Shown: piece by piece, positions 30,101-38,811 of the stretch
Numbering within the stretch: position 1 is the stretch's first letter
Layout of the letters: each line of letters opens with the position of its first letter
IMG/VR virus record: IMGVR_UViG_3300020201_000022
Location: 1 to 55,764 of that record
Direction: 5' to 3' (one strand)
Length of the DNA stretch: 55,764 nt
DNA from: a virus
Taxonomy: Duplodnaviria > Caudoviricetes
Notes under the pieces: model-generated
Databases searched by the model: none
What the model saw: only the letters and a program-made list of their open reading frames with translations
What the model was told of the DNA's origin: nothing
Translations under genes and position numbers: made by a program

Positions 30101-30550
30101 AAACATTTCCAAGCGAACGACGAATGGAGAATCGACATCGGAGGGCGGGCGTTCACCGAACGCAAAGATGCCGAACCCGTACTGGCGGAAGCAATCGCCA
30201 AAGGCAAGGCAAGAATCGAAGCTCTGCCAAGCTATCAGCGTGGACCGGTTAGGGTTGCCACCTATCGCGGCGCGGAACTGATGATCAAGCCCGATGGAAT
30301 GCTGGCGATACAAGGACCAAGCAAAGCGCGGTATGAGAGTGGCCCGTCAATTGCATCGATCGATTACGCGGCGCGATCACTTGCAAAGCGCGTTGAAACC
30401 GCGCAGACTGCAATGGAGAACTACGAAACCGACTTGGTGAAGATGAAGCAACAGGTCGGGGAGTTCCGCAAGCAGCGAGAGTTGCAAGCAGCGACCACAA
30501 AGCTTGAAGCGCTAAAGGGCGAACGTAACGCGGCATTATTAAGGGGCTAA
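24131..30550 (+). CDS. MuF (phage minor head protein) fused to DarB-like N6-adenine methylase and SNF2 helicase
   Basis: AFTIAG, YRTNLQAAY, DARARHEH, PPWDYNCRC (MuF); YLEPAVGGG and NVPF (MTase); HEVGTGKT, VDEAH, FATGTP, EQRDGR (SF2 helicase). Confidence 0.9.
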   Translation: MHRQMDSVVGTSLLGAVGLAEAFLDQIAMNATGDDVWSRNAALEAIRAGVQAFEPLLAAHLSDAVLAGWITGYDNVASQFPPWLQQEFTDSIRRRPPVDPPEFNLFGMFDREPKLRLINVENAAKRLMEKGILTRPEFDSATEQAQRQAFTIAGGLGADTIDRMRFMLNTELNEGPSLKGFTNRITEMLDTSPIGPGHLENVYRTNLQAAYRDGRETLRSDPVVAATFPYQAYIAVHDARARHEHRELEKFGLNGTNIYRSDDPFWDYFTPPWDYNCRCGVQMLTLEQAAARGVKEAQEWLRTGRAPINPQFRYSQIPFDHTEGFGHRGNVGVIMMSSVRAPSGYSKTEPLVINGREYIGGQFIPGDEIQHATASQKKELESGKKAQNDAPSPAKAPKLDGPEPPSHWVNTIATKHGIKLKSGYGAKMFWDPKASSRGWYFQLTGPDGKQSFADRYTDATGAAKHAATLLHARGLNQPVEAKQPKPSEPKPAKERAPKREVKTNQGNWHYQSTEFVSRGAKTKFNDNLAALRTLKTIELEQRPATKDEQAVLSKFVGWGQFPQAFDGNHRNHEYSKWSKERDELLELVGQTAFASARASTINSHYTAPDVIEAHWKMAERLGFKGGKYLEPAVGGGYYIGLMPGHLAEKTNVTAVEMDKTAGAISQALYPAANVHVSPFQNHATPNNFFDLVATNVPFGAIPISDPKYRAMKPMVHDYYFLRSVDTAKPGGLIMHITSAGTMDKLDKRVRKHIDDNCELVSAIRFPGGAHKDNAGTEVVTDMLILRKKNPTIPATTDETPTEAQPGHHRFTGTTVDSLGRIYHWVDGVRVAAPRWDDTVQVPDPDGGDPITINRYFAEHPEQMLGRLDRTGTMYSGNQKNVTKSDNYDEMLQQAIDRLPENIVRTGNQAPDEPDDSRMMVKPGSRFLDGQYVLQDGKIYQHKDGALEPQEFDKPTTERVLGQIAIRDAARDLLTAQRYGGDIEGARERLNGLYDEYTAKHGSLHDVMNRRAMKVDPDAPFLLSLEHYNSTTKRAAKADLFSVDTIVPDVRADKAGSIPEAIGITLHETGVVDLDRIAQLTGKSTEEIGDELVSTGLAFDDPSTGWQSASEYLSGNTRRKLLEAKAAAAADPRYEPNVAALERLQPVDIEPEEIGIKLGSPWVPTAIVQQFAAETLGARMDEVEIKYTPELQEWRVNLNSMLHHRHSNRNVWGVKNDNDEIVFSFEHAIKAALHGKQPVIRSAMSDENGNHPILVEQTNEALQKVEELKAQYKDWVWSDPERAEKLARIYNDTQNNVVPRHFDGSHQSFPGMNANFQMRQLQKDFVWRVVTTGKGMAAHEVGTGKTASMIASAMELRRLGLAKKPTLACLKGNIEQITKEALNLYPNAKILSTSGNFDAANRQKVLNQIATGDYDLIIMTHDHLEAMSLKPETLSKFITEEVDEIQHAIDAAKALDHSNAQKSEVKNLERKKQVLKEKLKKALAEETKDKVFFEDTGIDQLFVDEAHHFKSLPCHSREKLKGVPSGRSDRATDMLAKTRHILDANNGRGVVFATGTPIVNTMAELYVMQRYLQPDALKERGLHHFDSWKDTYGETKTDFEFKLSGEVAQTSRFSQFMNLPELRHLSSEFMDIQRADNLKRDDGSPIIVRPVKHDQVVVSETNDSVKGMMAEIESRALALQTARLSGVDRAQMMAEIESRALALKGKRPGGKGKDNMLSVCNDARAGSIDMRLIDAEAEDHPESKANRAVREVVRLYHDHPGKTQCVFSDLGINPTKASGFSLFADMKQKLVDAGIPHAHIVDFSDDAMKGAKRQDTIGAMRRGDARIAFGSTKRLGTGTNIQPKLLAVHHLDIPYIPAALEQRDGRGYRSGNQNKDFHVYKYVQQGSADPLFWQILARKTGFINQYMLGESSARTMEDINAESLTPDEMINVASGGSDAMERIRTEQEVSKLQRARLRHEVDQTRLAKSLSEADEHRAELRQEHAARSQDHKHFQANDEWRIDIGGRAFTERKDAEPVLAEAIAKGKARIEALPSYQRGPVRVATYRGAELMIKPDGMLAIQGPSKARYESGPSIASIDYAARSLAKRVETAQTAMENYETDLVKMKQQVGEFRKQRELQAATTKLEALKGERNAALLRG
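29129..29236. repeat. 36-bp direct repeat flanking a 36-bp insert that is the reverse complement of 26291-26326
   Basis: 29129-29164 = 29201-29236; 29165-29200 is the exact reverse complement of ctgcgctcggtcgacaccgctaagcctggcggtctg. Confidence 0.95.
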
Positions 30551-30922
30551 ATGATGGGCTACTGGACAAGTACAATGGAGCGGTTCAAGATCATCGACCG
30601 CTCAAATCACCCTTGGGCGGACACACTGACGCAAGCACTCGCGCAGGTCGAACCGGAAACACTCGCAGAACTGACAGCGAGCGGTGAACTGAACGCATTC
30701 CTGAGCTGCAAAGTTGACGAGTGTATGAAGTCGATTAGGTCGATGGAATCGCAAGGGATGGATCACGACGAAGCCAAGGAGTGTGCCTTTGAGTCGATGC
30801 TTCCAAAGGAACCTGAAGACGTAGAGGATTGGGAGCAAGAAGGCGCGGAAGCCGACGCAGTTGATGCTTTTAGTAAATGGATTGAATCTGATGCCAGAAG
30901 TGACTCGGACATGGAGGATTAA
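30551..30922 (+). CDS. Small acidic protein, TnpV-like pattern
   Basis: P..LAEL..SGEL.AFL...GM...EA.E. Confidence 0.45.
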   Translation: MMGYWTSTMERFKIIDRSNHPWADTLTQALAQVEPETLAELTASGELNAFLSCKVDECMKSIRSMESQGMDHDEAKECAFESMLPKEPEDVEDWEQEGAEADAVDAFSKWIESDARSDSDMED

Positions 30923-32297
30923 CGGCACGATCAAGCCGCTCAATCCTGCCGTACTCGCCGCACAATCGGAAGAACAAGACCAGGTTGCCGAATGGCATGG
31001 GTTCCCGAACGGCATCACGATTCCGCGAGGGCGGCAACACGGAGTCGCGCACTTCCTCCTCGGTGCTGACGATGTTGAAACGCTCAGGGACGCAGCGAAC
31101 ATTGAAATACTGTGCTATCACGAAGATGGCACCACGTTCTGGCACGGCTGGACTCTGCAAGTTGCGGAAGCGATCACCAAACAGAGCAAGCCCGCGCATT
31201 GGGTGCGGTTTGCGGATCCAAGATTTCTTTTTGAAAACAGCACTGCGGAAGGCGAACGCTACAACCTGCGCAATTCCGAAACGGACTTCGTGACAGCCAC
31301 CAAGAACGCTGGCACCGCCTACACCTGGCAGGAAGTGCTCGCAGACTTGTGGGCGAAATTACCTGGCGCTTATGCGGTTCCAACTCTTCCGACGCCCCCG
31401 GCATCGACCCCCGAGAATTTGTACTTCGACGGAATGGGCGCTTGGCGGGCGATCAATCAAGTGCTGAGCGCGATCGGTTGCACAGTTGTCTACGATCCGT
31501 TTACAGCGACGTTTGAGTTTATCGACTTGAATGTTGCGCAATCCATTACCTACCCGACCGATACGCTGCTGTTCGAGGGTTCGGCGATCGGCTCAGGCTT
31601 CGCGCTCCCTCAAAAAGCCGGTGTGCTTTATCACTGGTTGCCGGCAGGCACAAACGACTACTCGCCATTTAGAAAAAAGCCGCATTATCTCGAAGGCACC
31701 GTAGGCGGAACGCAAGGCACGTACGAAATCGTTGATACAACGTTCTACTGGACAGGTCGTTCGATGACTGGTCGGACCGGTGAAGTAGCGACCGCGATCA
31801 AGAACCTGATGGACCCACTTGTTGAGCCCGTACAGAAAACGTTTTCGGGCGTGTTCGAGGAACTGCCAGGCTCGCGGATTTCAGCGATTCGCTGGGTCAG
31901 CGACGGGACGCGAGGCTTTGAGACGTTGGTGTTCTACGGGTTCGAACCGTTTGAGTGGCCGCAATTACCTGATTATGAAGCGCAGGCAGGTGGTTCATCG
32001 ATTCAGTACACTATCGTCTCACTCACCACTGCGACGGGCGGACCGTATACAGGTTTGAAAGTCGCAACCGTGACGATACTTACCGCACCATGCGGACGCA
32101 GCGATCTGATTGGCGATTCCGTCGAAGTCGTGGATCATCTTGGTTGCGTGTTCGATTTAGTCGAAGCCAGCCTGATTGGCGTCAAAGGTTTGGCTGACGA
32201 GCAGGTTGCTGCATCGCTCGAAGCTGGTGCCGCACCTGGGACGATGAGCCCTTGCCATTGGGCCGCTACTGATCGTTGCTGCGTGGGAGGTGCATAA
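30891..32297 (+). CDS. Tail tip/baseplate hub-like protein
   Basis: D.R...YN, TW..VL.DLW, C.VVYDP; C-terminus homologous to 50636-51076. Confidence 0.55.
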   Translation: MPEVTRTWRINGTIKPLNPAVLAAQSEEQDQVAEWHGFPNGITIPRGRQHGVAHFLLGADDVETLRDAANIEILCYHEDGTTFWHGWTLQVAEAITKQSKPAHWVRFADPRFLFENSTAEGERYNLRNSETDFVTATKNAGTAYTWQEVLADLWAKLPGAYAVPTLPTPPASTPENLYFDGMGAWRAINQVLSAIGCTVVYDPFTATFEFIDLNVAQSITYPTDTLLFEGSAIGSGFALPQKAGVLYHWLPAGTNDYSPFRKKPHYLEGTVGGTQGTYEIVDTTFYWTGRSMTGRTGEVATAIKNLMDPLVEPVQKTFSGVFEELPGSRISAIRWVSDGTRGFETLVFYGFEPFEWPQLPDYEAQAGGSSIQYTIVSLTTATGGPYTGLKVATVTILTAPCGRSDLIGDSVEVVDHLGCVFDLVEASLIGVKGLADEQVAASLEAGAAPGTMSPCHWAATDRCCVGGA

Positions 32298-33298
32298 TGC
32301 CAACTAGAAGATGCTGCTGCGGCTCGGGTTGCGTGATCGTAGCCGACGATTTTGGGCGTGCCGATAATGCTTCGCTCGGTGCAAGCTGGATTGAATATCC
32401 ATCAGCGGCATTTGAGATTTTTAGCAATCAAGTTCGATCGGTAAACGGCGGCAAAGCAATTCACAACACAGTTCACCCGACTCCATCCGGCTCGATGGCG
32501 GTCTACATTGATACAGTGGCGGAAAACGAAGGCGATGTTTACGATTTGCTTGTTAATGTTGTCGATGCAAACAACCATCATCTAGCAAGGTTTGTCCGCA
32601 ACGATTTATTTGACTCAGAAATTTTACTCTACATTGTCAGCGGTGGAGTTGAAACGCTTCTCAATAGTGCAGTAATTGGCTCTATTAGTGGAACCGCAAG
32701 AACATTTTCAGCGTTTATTGCCGACAATGAATTTTGTGCCCAAGTAACTTTCGGTATCACTTCGCAGGTGACGGCCGACACGACGCTCAAAGCCCTCGGT
32801 TATCAAGCTGGCATCGGCACAACGACGCTTTCTCTGCTGATGGACAACTTTGAGTTTGCGCATCACTTGCAAACTAAAGCAACGTGCCCAAGTTGCGTTT
32901 GCCAATGCGGAATAGAATATGTGCCACCCTGCTTAAACATTCACTTGGAAGGTTCGGGAACCCGCATGGCTGCGCTCAATTGCGATTTCCAATTGCGATG
33001 GAATAGGACCAACGCATACTGGGAAGGAACTGCAAATTGCTGCGGCATCGATTGGCCGATGATCCTTAATTGCGGCGATGCAATATCGTGGGAGACATTC
33101 ACACTACTACCACTTGGATTCGATTGCACCGTGACTAACGGCGGCAACGTCGCTCGTTCCCCTGTGTCCGGATCATGCAGCCCATTCCTGCTGGAGTTCG
33201 GTCCGTACGCTGTGACTTCAGGCGACTTGGCTTGTTTGTGCGGCGGCGTGGGATTCCCCGACACTGGTAGTTGGACAGCAACAATTACGGAGTGTTAA
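32297..33298 (+). CDS. Cys-rich virion protein (19 Cys) with lectin-like central domain
   Basis: MPTRRCCCG, DDFGRAD..LG..W; paralog at 49620-50624. Confidence 0.65.
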   Translation: MPTRRCCCGSGCVIVADDFGRADNASLGASWIEYPSAAFEIFSNQVRSVNGGKAIHNTVHPTPSGSMAVYIDTVAENEGDVYDLLVNVVDANNHHLARFVRNDLFDSEILLYIVSGGVETLLNSAVIGSISGTARTFSAFIADNEFCAQVTFGITSQVTADTTLKALGYQAGIGTTTLSLLMDNFEFAHHLQTKATCPSCVCQCGIEYVPPCLNIHLEGSGTRMAALNCDFQLRWNRTNAYWEGTANCCGIDWPMILNCGDAISWETFTLLPLGFDCTVTNGGNVARSPVSGSCSPFLLEFGPYAVTSGDLACLCGGVGFPDTGSWTATITEC

Positions 33299-33754
33299 AT
33301 GACTCCAGAGTTGCAAACAGTGCTTAATCGATCACCAGTTTGGCAACGGCTGTATGATACCGATCCAAGGTATCGAGCGGCATGGGATGCGGGTACAGGT
33401 CCTGGGCAAACAGGACCGCAGCCAGAGATCACCGAAGGACCAAAGTACAATCACTGGGGGCCGCTGCACTGGTACGCAGTCGAGCACGCTGCCGACTGGG
33501 ATGAAGCAAAGGCAAAAGCGTTCTATCGCAATTGGGAAAAGAATATTCCAAATACTGGCGGGTGTAGCTGCCCATCGCACTGGAAAAAGCTTGGTTTGAC
33601 TCCGGACTATTTATCTCCGAAAGCCTTTTTCGAATGGTCGTGGCGTTCTCACAACACAGTCAGCCGTCAGCTCGAAAACAAGCCGACTGTTACGCTCTGC
33701 GAGTGTTACCAAATCTGGTGGCCCGAACGAATGACCAACCGTGACGGCTCTTAA
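33299..33754 (+). CDS. Erv1/Alr-like sulfhydryl oxidase (CxC variant)
   Basis: HWGPLH...IP...CSC.SHW...FF.W.W..HN.V...L..K. Confidence 0.6.
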   Translation: MTPELQTVLNRSPVWQRLYDTDPRYRAAWDAGTGPGQTGPQPEITEGPKYNHWGPLHWYAVEHAADWDEAKAKAFYRNWEKNIPNTGGCSCPSHWKKLGLTPDYLSPKAFFEWSWRSHNTVSRQLENKPTVTLCECYQIWWPERMTNRDGS

Positions 33755-34052
33755 TCACTGCCATTCTATTGACTCACACTGCAATAGCAACTACCATTGC
33801 GATTGGAATGTCTTTGCTTCCTGGTCTCTTCTAAGAGGAACGTACATCATGGTTCGGTTTGTTGTCAATTGGGCTGTTGCAATCGTTGCTATGTACGCAC
33901 TGGTCTATTGCGCGGAATCCTTCGTGCACTGGTTTGAGGGCAGGGAATCGGAAAGCTATCCTGGTCGATGGATTTCAATTTTGATCAACAGTTAATAACG
34001 CCCGGCAAGGATAGTCGTCGCGAATGTTACTTGCAAACTCCAAGGAATATCA

Positions 34053-34253
34053 ATGAGTAAGTTCTATTCGATCGCAGATGTTGCGGCGCTATTGAGCGTG
34101 CATCGATCGACGATAATTCGCACGGCGCAGCGGTTGGCGATAGGCACGCGCGTAGGGCGAACAATTATTTTCTCTCCCCCAGAGCTGAGAATGCTTAGGA
34201 AAAACGGCGTTTTCGCTGTCGGCAACCCTAATTTCCGCAAATTAAAGAAATAA
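34053..34253 (+). CDS. Small HTH protein (Cro/excisionase-like)
   Basis: YSIADVAALLSVHRSTI; AAGGA RBS. Confidence 0.7.
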   Translation: MSKFYSIADVAALLSVHRSTIIRTAQRLAIGTRVGRTIIFSPPELRMLRKNGVFAVGNPNFRKLKK

Positions 34254-34342
34254 CTCACTGGCTCCTATTGCAACAGCCGAAGCGAATGTTAAGCTTAATA
34301 CCGTGAGGCAGTGAAGCGGGAAACTCAAAACGGGAGACTGAT

Positions 34343-34744
34343 ATGGAATCGAAACCAGTGACGCTCGAAGATCAAATAGACGATCGCGATGATCGGTTGC
34401 TGACTGTGCGATACAACGCAAGTCGCCAACTGGCAACGTTGTTTTGTACTGTGCTGTACGACTTGGCCCTGCGTGCCGAACGAATGCGAAAGCAAATCGC
34501 CTCCGAGTTTGATGCGCATATTTTGTCAGGGCAAAACAACGCGCATGTGGAGGAGCTTGTGAGTCAGGTTCTGCAATCTGCGTTCGACCAAGACCCGGTG
34601 GCGGCGTTGCAGCTCGACTATGCCGGCGCAGTGAAGAACGCGGACGGCTTGGAGTTGCTGACGAGCGACGAGATCGAGATTGCAACCGATCGACTGAGGC
34701 GTGATTTTCAGCGGCTTATCCGTCACACAGCCGGAACAAAGTAG
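34343..34744 (+). CDS. Hypothetical early protein
   Basis: GGGAG RBS, 133 aa. Confidence 0.6.
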   Translation: MESKPVTLEDQIDDRDDRLLTVRYNASRQLATLFCTVLYDLALRAERMRKQIASEFDAHILSGQNNAHVEELVSQVLQSAFDQDPVAALQLDYAGAVKNADGLELLTSDEIEIATDRLRRDFQRLIRHTAGTK

Positions 34745-34753
34745 GGGGCGATC

Positions 34754-34975
34754 ATGGGTTACGAAATTGAGGAGTTAACGCAACGCGGCTGGGAGGTAGT
34801 TCGGGGTGGCTTCTCGGACGTTAATCAGGCCGCAGAAGGTTGTGAGTCCATGCTTGCGGATTCGCCAGGAGGCAAGTTAAGAGTCGTTGAGGTTGAGAGG
34901 ATGTGCATAAAGGCAATCGTTGACGTAGTTGAGAGTTTGCGAACGGCTGTGCTGTACTTTCCTGGAGGGGAATGA
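34754..34975 (+). CDS. Hypothetical early protein
   Basis: AGGGGG RBS, operonic spacing. Confidence 0.55.
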   Translation: MGYEIEELTQRGWEVVRGGFSDVNQAAEGCESMLADSPGGKLRVVEVERMCIKAIVDVVESLRTAVLYFPGGE

Positions 34976-34976
34976 C

Positions 34977-35294
34977 ATGGGGACTATGAGAGCACTATTA
35001 CACATTCACGATCAGCCGATGGATATGCCTGAGCAGTGCGCTCATTCGGAAGTAGTCGAGCTGCTGGAGTTGGTCCAGCAGGACTGGACGTTCCAAGGTC
35101 TCGACCAGTACAGCCATGAGAATATCCAGACTGTGCATGGTTCAATCGTACTGGGGTTAATGAATCGCTGCGAGAATATGAGGAAGGCATTGCAGTCGAT
35201 CGTAGATGACAACGAGTTTTGCAAGGCGTCGTTCCGGTCGTATGGAGACCGTGGACGAGAGTACGCAAAAACGGCACGGCAATCACTGGAATAA
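34977..35294 (+). CDS. Hypothetical protein, paralog of the 37687 ORF N-terminus
   Basis: EVVELLELVQQD...LDQY vs EVHELLDLVQAD...LDKY. Confidence 0.6.
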   Translation: MGTMRALLHIHDQPMDMPEQCAHSEVVELLELVQQDWTFQGLDQYSHENIQTVHGSIVLGLMNRCENMRKALQSIVDDNEFCKASFRSYGDRGREYAKTARQSLE

Positions 35295-35430
35295 ACGGAG
35301 TGCATCCAATGGAAGTTCTGCTAGAGATTTTTCTGTCCGCTGCAATCGCAGCGGCTCTAACATTCGCAGCACGCGTGCTGTGTTGCTTGGCTTTTGATGA
35401 CGATGGCTGGATCGAATCGGGAGAGTAAAT

Positions 35431-35703
35431 ATGTTTCGATGGTACTTGGTTCATCGGTATTACTTCAGTGAAAACAAGACTCTGCTGCTAGAGACGATTG
35501 ACGGTGTGTATTGCTCTTGCATCAGTAGAGCGCTGGACATTGCGAAGGGACGCAATTGCCTGGCGGAAGGGGACAAGTTGCGAGTGGAGGGAGCGTACAC
35601 GCAAGTCCAAGCGAAGCTTGCCAAGCGGTTGAGCGATGAGCATAAGGCGTCGGAGTTGGAGTTGTGGCCGATCGATGAATTTGTGCAGTGGATGCAGGTA
35701 TGA
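35431..35703 (+). CDS. Hypothetical early protein
   Basis: GGAGAG RBS. Confidence 0.55.
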   Translation: MFRWYLVHRYYFSENKTLLLETIDGVYCSCISRALDIAKGRNCLAEGDKLRVEGAYTQVQAKLAKRLSDEHKASELELWPIDEFVQWMQV

Positions 35704-35842
35704 GCAACACAGATTTGGCGATGGCGATTGTGGCAACTGCGCGACTGCTGCAACTGATTGTGATAGTCGCGGGTGTTTTATGGGTGATTGGGGTGTGGCT
35801 CTCTTCACCGATCAATGAGCGGGATTAAGAAAGGGAAACAAG

Positions 35843-36673
35843 ATGGGAATTGAAGCAAAAGAAATAGGCAACGAAGAGTATCACAGTCTGCCAGGCATCA
35901 GCAACTCGAAGCTGAGCGTCTTGATTGAAGATCCGCGTGAGTATTTTCACCAGTTTCTCAGCGGGCAGTATGTCAAGAAATCGAAGGATCACTTTGATTT
36001 TGGTCATGCGGTTCATGAAATCTGCCTGCAAGGACTGCATAACGTGCAAGTCATTCCAGCGGAAGTGCTGACGAAGGACGGCAAGCGGGCGGGCAACGCA
36101 TGGCAGCAGTATGCGGCAGAAAATAGCGGCTCGATTTTGATGAAAGCAGCGGACTATCGAGCGGTGATGAATTGCGTCGAAGCGGTCAAGCGGCATCCAG
36201 TTGCGGGTGAGCTATTGAGCGCTCCAGGTTATTCGGAGCGTTACTTTGAGACGACTACCCTAAACGGAACCATCAAGCGATGTAAGCCCGACAGGGTGTG
36301 TGATTGGAACGGCAAGAAGATCGTGGTCGACTTGAAAACGACAACCTGCACACTGGCGCGAAAATTTGTGCGGTCGATCGAGGATTTCGGATACGCTCGG
36401 CAAGAATGCTTCTACCGGGATGTTCTCGAAGCGAATGACGTATTCGTGGATGCGTTTGTGTTCATCGCGGTCAAGGACAGTGCGCCTCACTGCGTCGACT
36501 GCTACTCCATCAAAAACGAGTGGCGAACGATGGCTCGCAAGGAAATCAATGACGCAATCGATGACCTGGAAGAACGGACGGCGACGGGCAATTGGGAATC
36601 GAAAACGGCCAACTTCATCGTTGAGTTGGCACCACCGGGAAACTTAAAATTTAAGGGTGAATACTCATTATGA
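35843..36673 (+). CDS. RecE/exonuclease VIII-like PD-(D/E)xK nuclease
   Basis: YH...ISNS.L, FG.A.H, CKPD, VDLKTT, Y..Q..FY, FVFIAV; adjacent to RecT. Confidence 0.9.
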   Translation: MGIEAKEIGNEEYHSLPGISNSKLSVLIEDPREYFHQFLSGQYVKKSKDHFDFGHAVHEICLQGLHNVQVIPAEVLTKDGKRAGNAWQQYAAENSGSILMKAADYRAVMNCVEAVKRHPVAGELLSAPGYSERYFETTTLNGTIKRCKPDRVCDWNGKKIVVDLKTTTCTLARKFVRSIEDFGYARQECFYRDVLEANDVFVDAFVFIAVKDSAPHCVDCYSIKNEWRTMARKEINDAIDDLEERTATGNWESKTANFIVELAPPGNLKFKGEYSL

Positions 36674-37638
36674 CCAACGGAGCAAAAGCAACCGCGATTG
36701 CGGTAGATCAACTGGGAGAGAAGCGGAGCGCCCCAGTCAACGAGCTGCGCAAGTATCTCGAAAAGTTGAAGCCACAACTGCAAGCGGCTTTACCGAAACA
36801 TTTGAACGCAGACCGCATGGCTCGGATTGCAATGACGGAGTTCAGCAAGAACCCAGCGCTGCAAGACTGCACGTTCCAATCGATCGCGGCATGTGTGATG
36901 ACCGCTTCGCAACTCGGTCTGGAAATCGGCGTGGGCGGTCAAGCCTACATGATTCCTTACGGGACCGTGGCAACGTTCGTGCCTGGTTGGAAAGGGCTGA
37001 TTGATCTTGTATCGCGGGCTGGTCGATCGAGCGTTTGGACGGGTGCGGTATTTGATGGCGACGTGTTCGATTGGGAGCTGGGCGATACGCCATTCCTAAA
37101 GCACAAGCCGATGGGCGAGAACGATCCCGACAAGATGCTGTTCGCTTATGCGATCGGCAGAGTCAATGGTTCGGATTGTCCAATCATTGAATGCTGGCCT
37201 AACGCTCGAATCAAGAAGCATTTTGACAAGAACGTGATTCCAAAGTTGCAGCGCAGCCACTACGCCAACAAGCACTGGGAAATGTACGCTCGCAAGGTCG
37301 TATTGTTGCAAGTGCTCAAGTATCTACCTCAGTCGATCGAGTTGCACGCGGCGGTTGAGATTGCACACGCGGCGGATGAAGGACGACCGGTTTCGATCGA
37401 TGCCGACTTTGTGACCATCGAGCACCAAACGGAAGAAAAGCAGCAATTGCCACTGGTTGCCAATCCAATGCCAGTAGGAGCCAGCGAGCCGATGGCGGAC
37501 TTCTGGAAAAAAATGGCGGCGCTCAATGAAGACCGCAAGCTAAGAGAGTGGTCGGACGAGATCGCGAGAACGCCAGCGCTGAACGACGAAGAGAGAGACT
37601 TGCTGTGGGTTGAAATCACGCGGCGGGTTGGAGGCTAA
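36670..37638 (+). CDS. recT: RecT single-strand annealing protein
   Basis: ALPKHL.ADRM.R, QLGLE, AY.IPY, GWKGLIDL..R, MYARK.V...LKYLP.S. Confidence 0.92.
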   Translation: MTNGAKATAIAVDQLGEKRSAPVNELRKYLEKLKPQLQAALPKHLNADRMARIAMTEFSKNPALQDCTFQSIAACVMTASQLGLEIGVGGQAYMIPYGTVATFVPGWKGLIDLVSRAGRSSVWTGAVFDGDVFDWELGDTPFLKHKPMGENDPDKMLFAYAIGRVNGSDCPIIECWPNARIKKHFDKNVIPKLQRSHYANKHWEMYARKVVLLQVLKYLPQSIELHAAVEIAHAADEGRPVSIDADFVTIEHQTEEKQQLPLVANPMPVGASEPMADFWKKMAALNEDRKLREWSDEIARTPALNDEERDLLWVEITRRVGG

Positions 37639-37686
37639 TCCAGTAACACCGGGACTTGAACCACTTAGTTAAAGGAGACAGAAAGC

Positions 37687-38262
37687 ATGAAGACTATGAA
37701 AGAGATTCTACATACGGCGGATGGGATAACTAAACAGCCGATGCTTGACACCGATCTTGAGTATCGGGGCGACGAGGTTCATGAACTACTCGATTTGGTT
37801 CAGGCCGATGGGCAGATCCATGATCTTGACAAGTACGAACCGGAACACATGCAATCGACTCTAGGTGCGACACTATGCTGGGTGATGAAGCGACTGCAAG
37901 AAGCCGAACGGGAACTCCTGGCGGTGCAGCAGCGAGAGATTGATCGGCAACGCGAAGAGGTCGCGAGGCTTGAGCGCCATAGAGTTGAAGCCGAACGTGC
38001 TCGATTAGCTGAAGACAGCGAAACCTGGTTCGATGAGTACCATCGGATTCTCGTAAGCGATCGTGAACAGATTGCAACTGCCTGGGGCGTGAAGCTCACC
38101 AACAAGCCAGCCGAGTGGACGGAAGGATTTATGGCGTTCGAGAGTTGGCCGGTTGATGGATGCATTTATGACGCAACCGACAGTAACCCAAGGACACTCG
38201 AAAAAGCGAAGCGATGGGTGCAAGGTTGGACAGCCGCGCACATGCGTGAGATGCAACTTTGA
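37687..38262 (+). CDS. Hypothetical coiled-coil protein
   Basis: AAGGAG RBS, 191 aa. Confidence 0.65.
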   Translation: MKTMKEILHTADGITKQPMLDTDLEYRGDEVHELLDLVQADGQIHDLDKYEPEHMQSTLGATLCWVMKRLQEAERELLAVQQREIDRQREEVARLERHRVEAERARLAEDSETWFDEYHRILVSDREQIATAWGVKLTNKPAEWTEGFMAFESWPVDGCIYDATDSNPRTLEKAKRWVQGWTAAHMREMQL

Positions 38263-38517
38263 CTGCGTAATTCTAGCCAGAAGTAACGAACCTTCATGGC
38301 ATCTCAGATGGCGGCGAACACGGAAGTCGTTGCGGTCAAAGCAGGAATCAACACTTCTCCCCGTTGATCGCGTTGAGGGAGAGCGTAAGGGCCGGTTTAT
38401 CACGTGCCTTTCATGCTGGATACGTCAAGGGCCAGCACATTTAACACACAGACGAGAGTGTTGCGACCGCTCTCCGGAATCGCAGCATCGTGTTTTTATT
38501 AGAAAGAGAGTCTATCA

Positions 38518-38709
38518 ATGGTTAGTGAAGAAATAATTTTAGATCGTGATCGTGTTCACTGCATGGTTTTGGTTTTGACGGAACTACTAAAGGTCGAATC
38601 GCATTTTCAGTTTAAGTTGCGGTTCTCCAACAAAGAAACCGGCGAAAGGACGCTAACAATCGTCCCGCACTGTACGCCAGTCGAAATCAAGCTGGAAAGC
38701 TCGCGATGA
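38518..38709 (+). CDS. Hypothetical protein whose stop overlaps attC1
   Basis: TGA 38707-38709 overlaps GAAC. Confidence 0.55.
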   Translation: MVSEEIILDRDRVHCMVLVLTELLKVESHFQFKLRFSNKETGERTLTIVPHCTPVEIKLESSR

Positions 38710-38791
38710 ACGTTTTGATTCAGGAAGCCGCGACCGCTGCGGCTTCCCTCCACGTTGGAGATGTTAGCGGCTTTCCTGCAATCATTTGTTC
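38708..38791 (-). mobile_element. attC-like site 1
   Basis: GAAC gttt tgatt-cagg...cctg-C-aatca ttt GTTC; 84 bp. Confidence 0.85.
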
Positions 38792-38811
38792 TCTGACTCG
38801 TGAGGTTTGAT

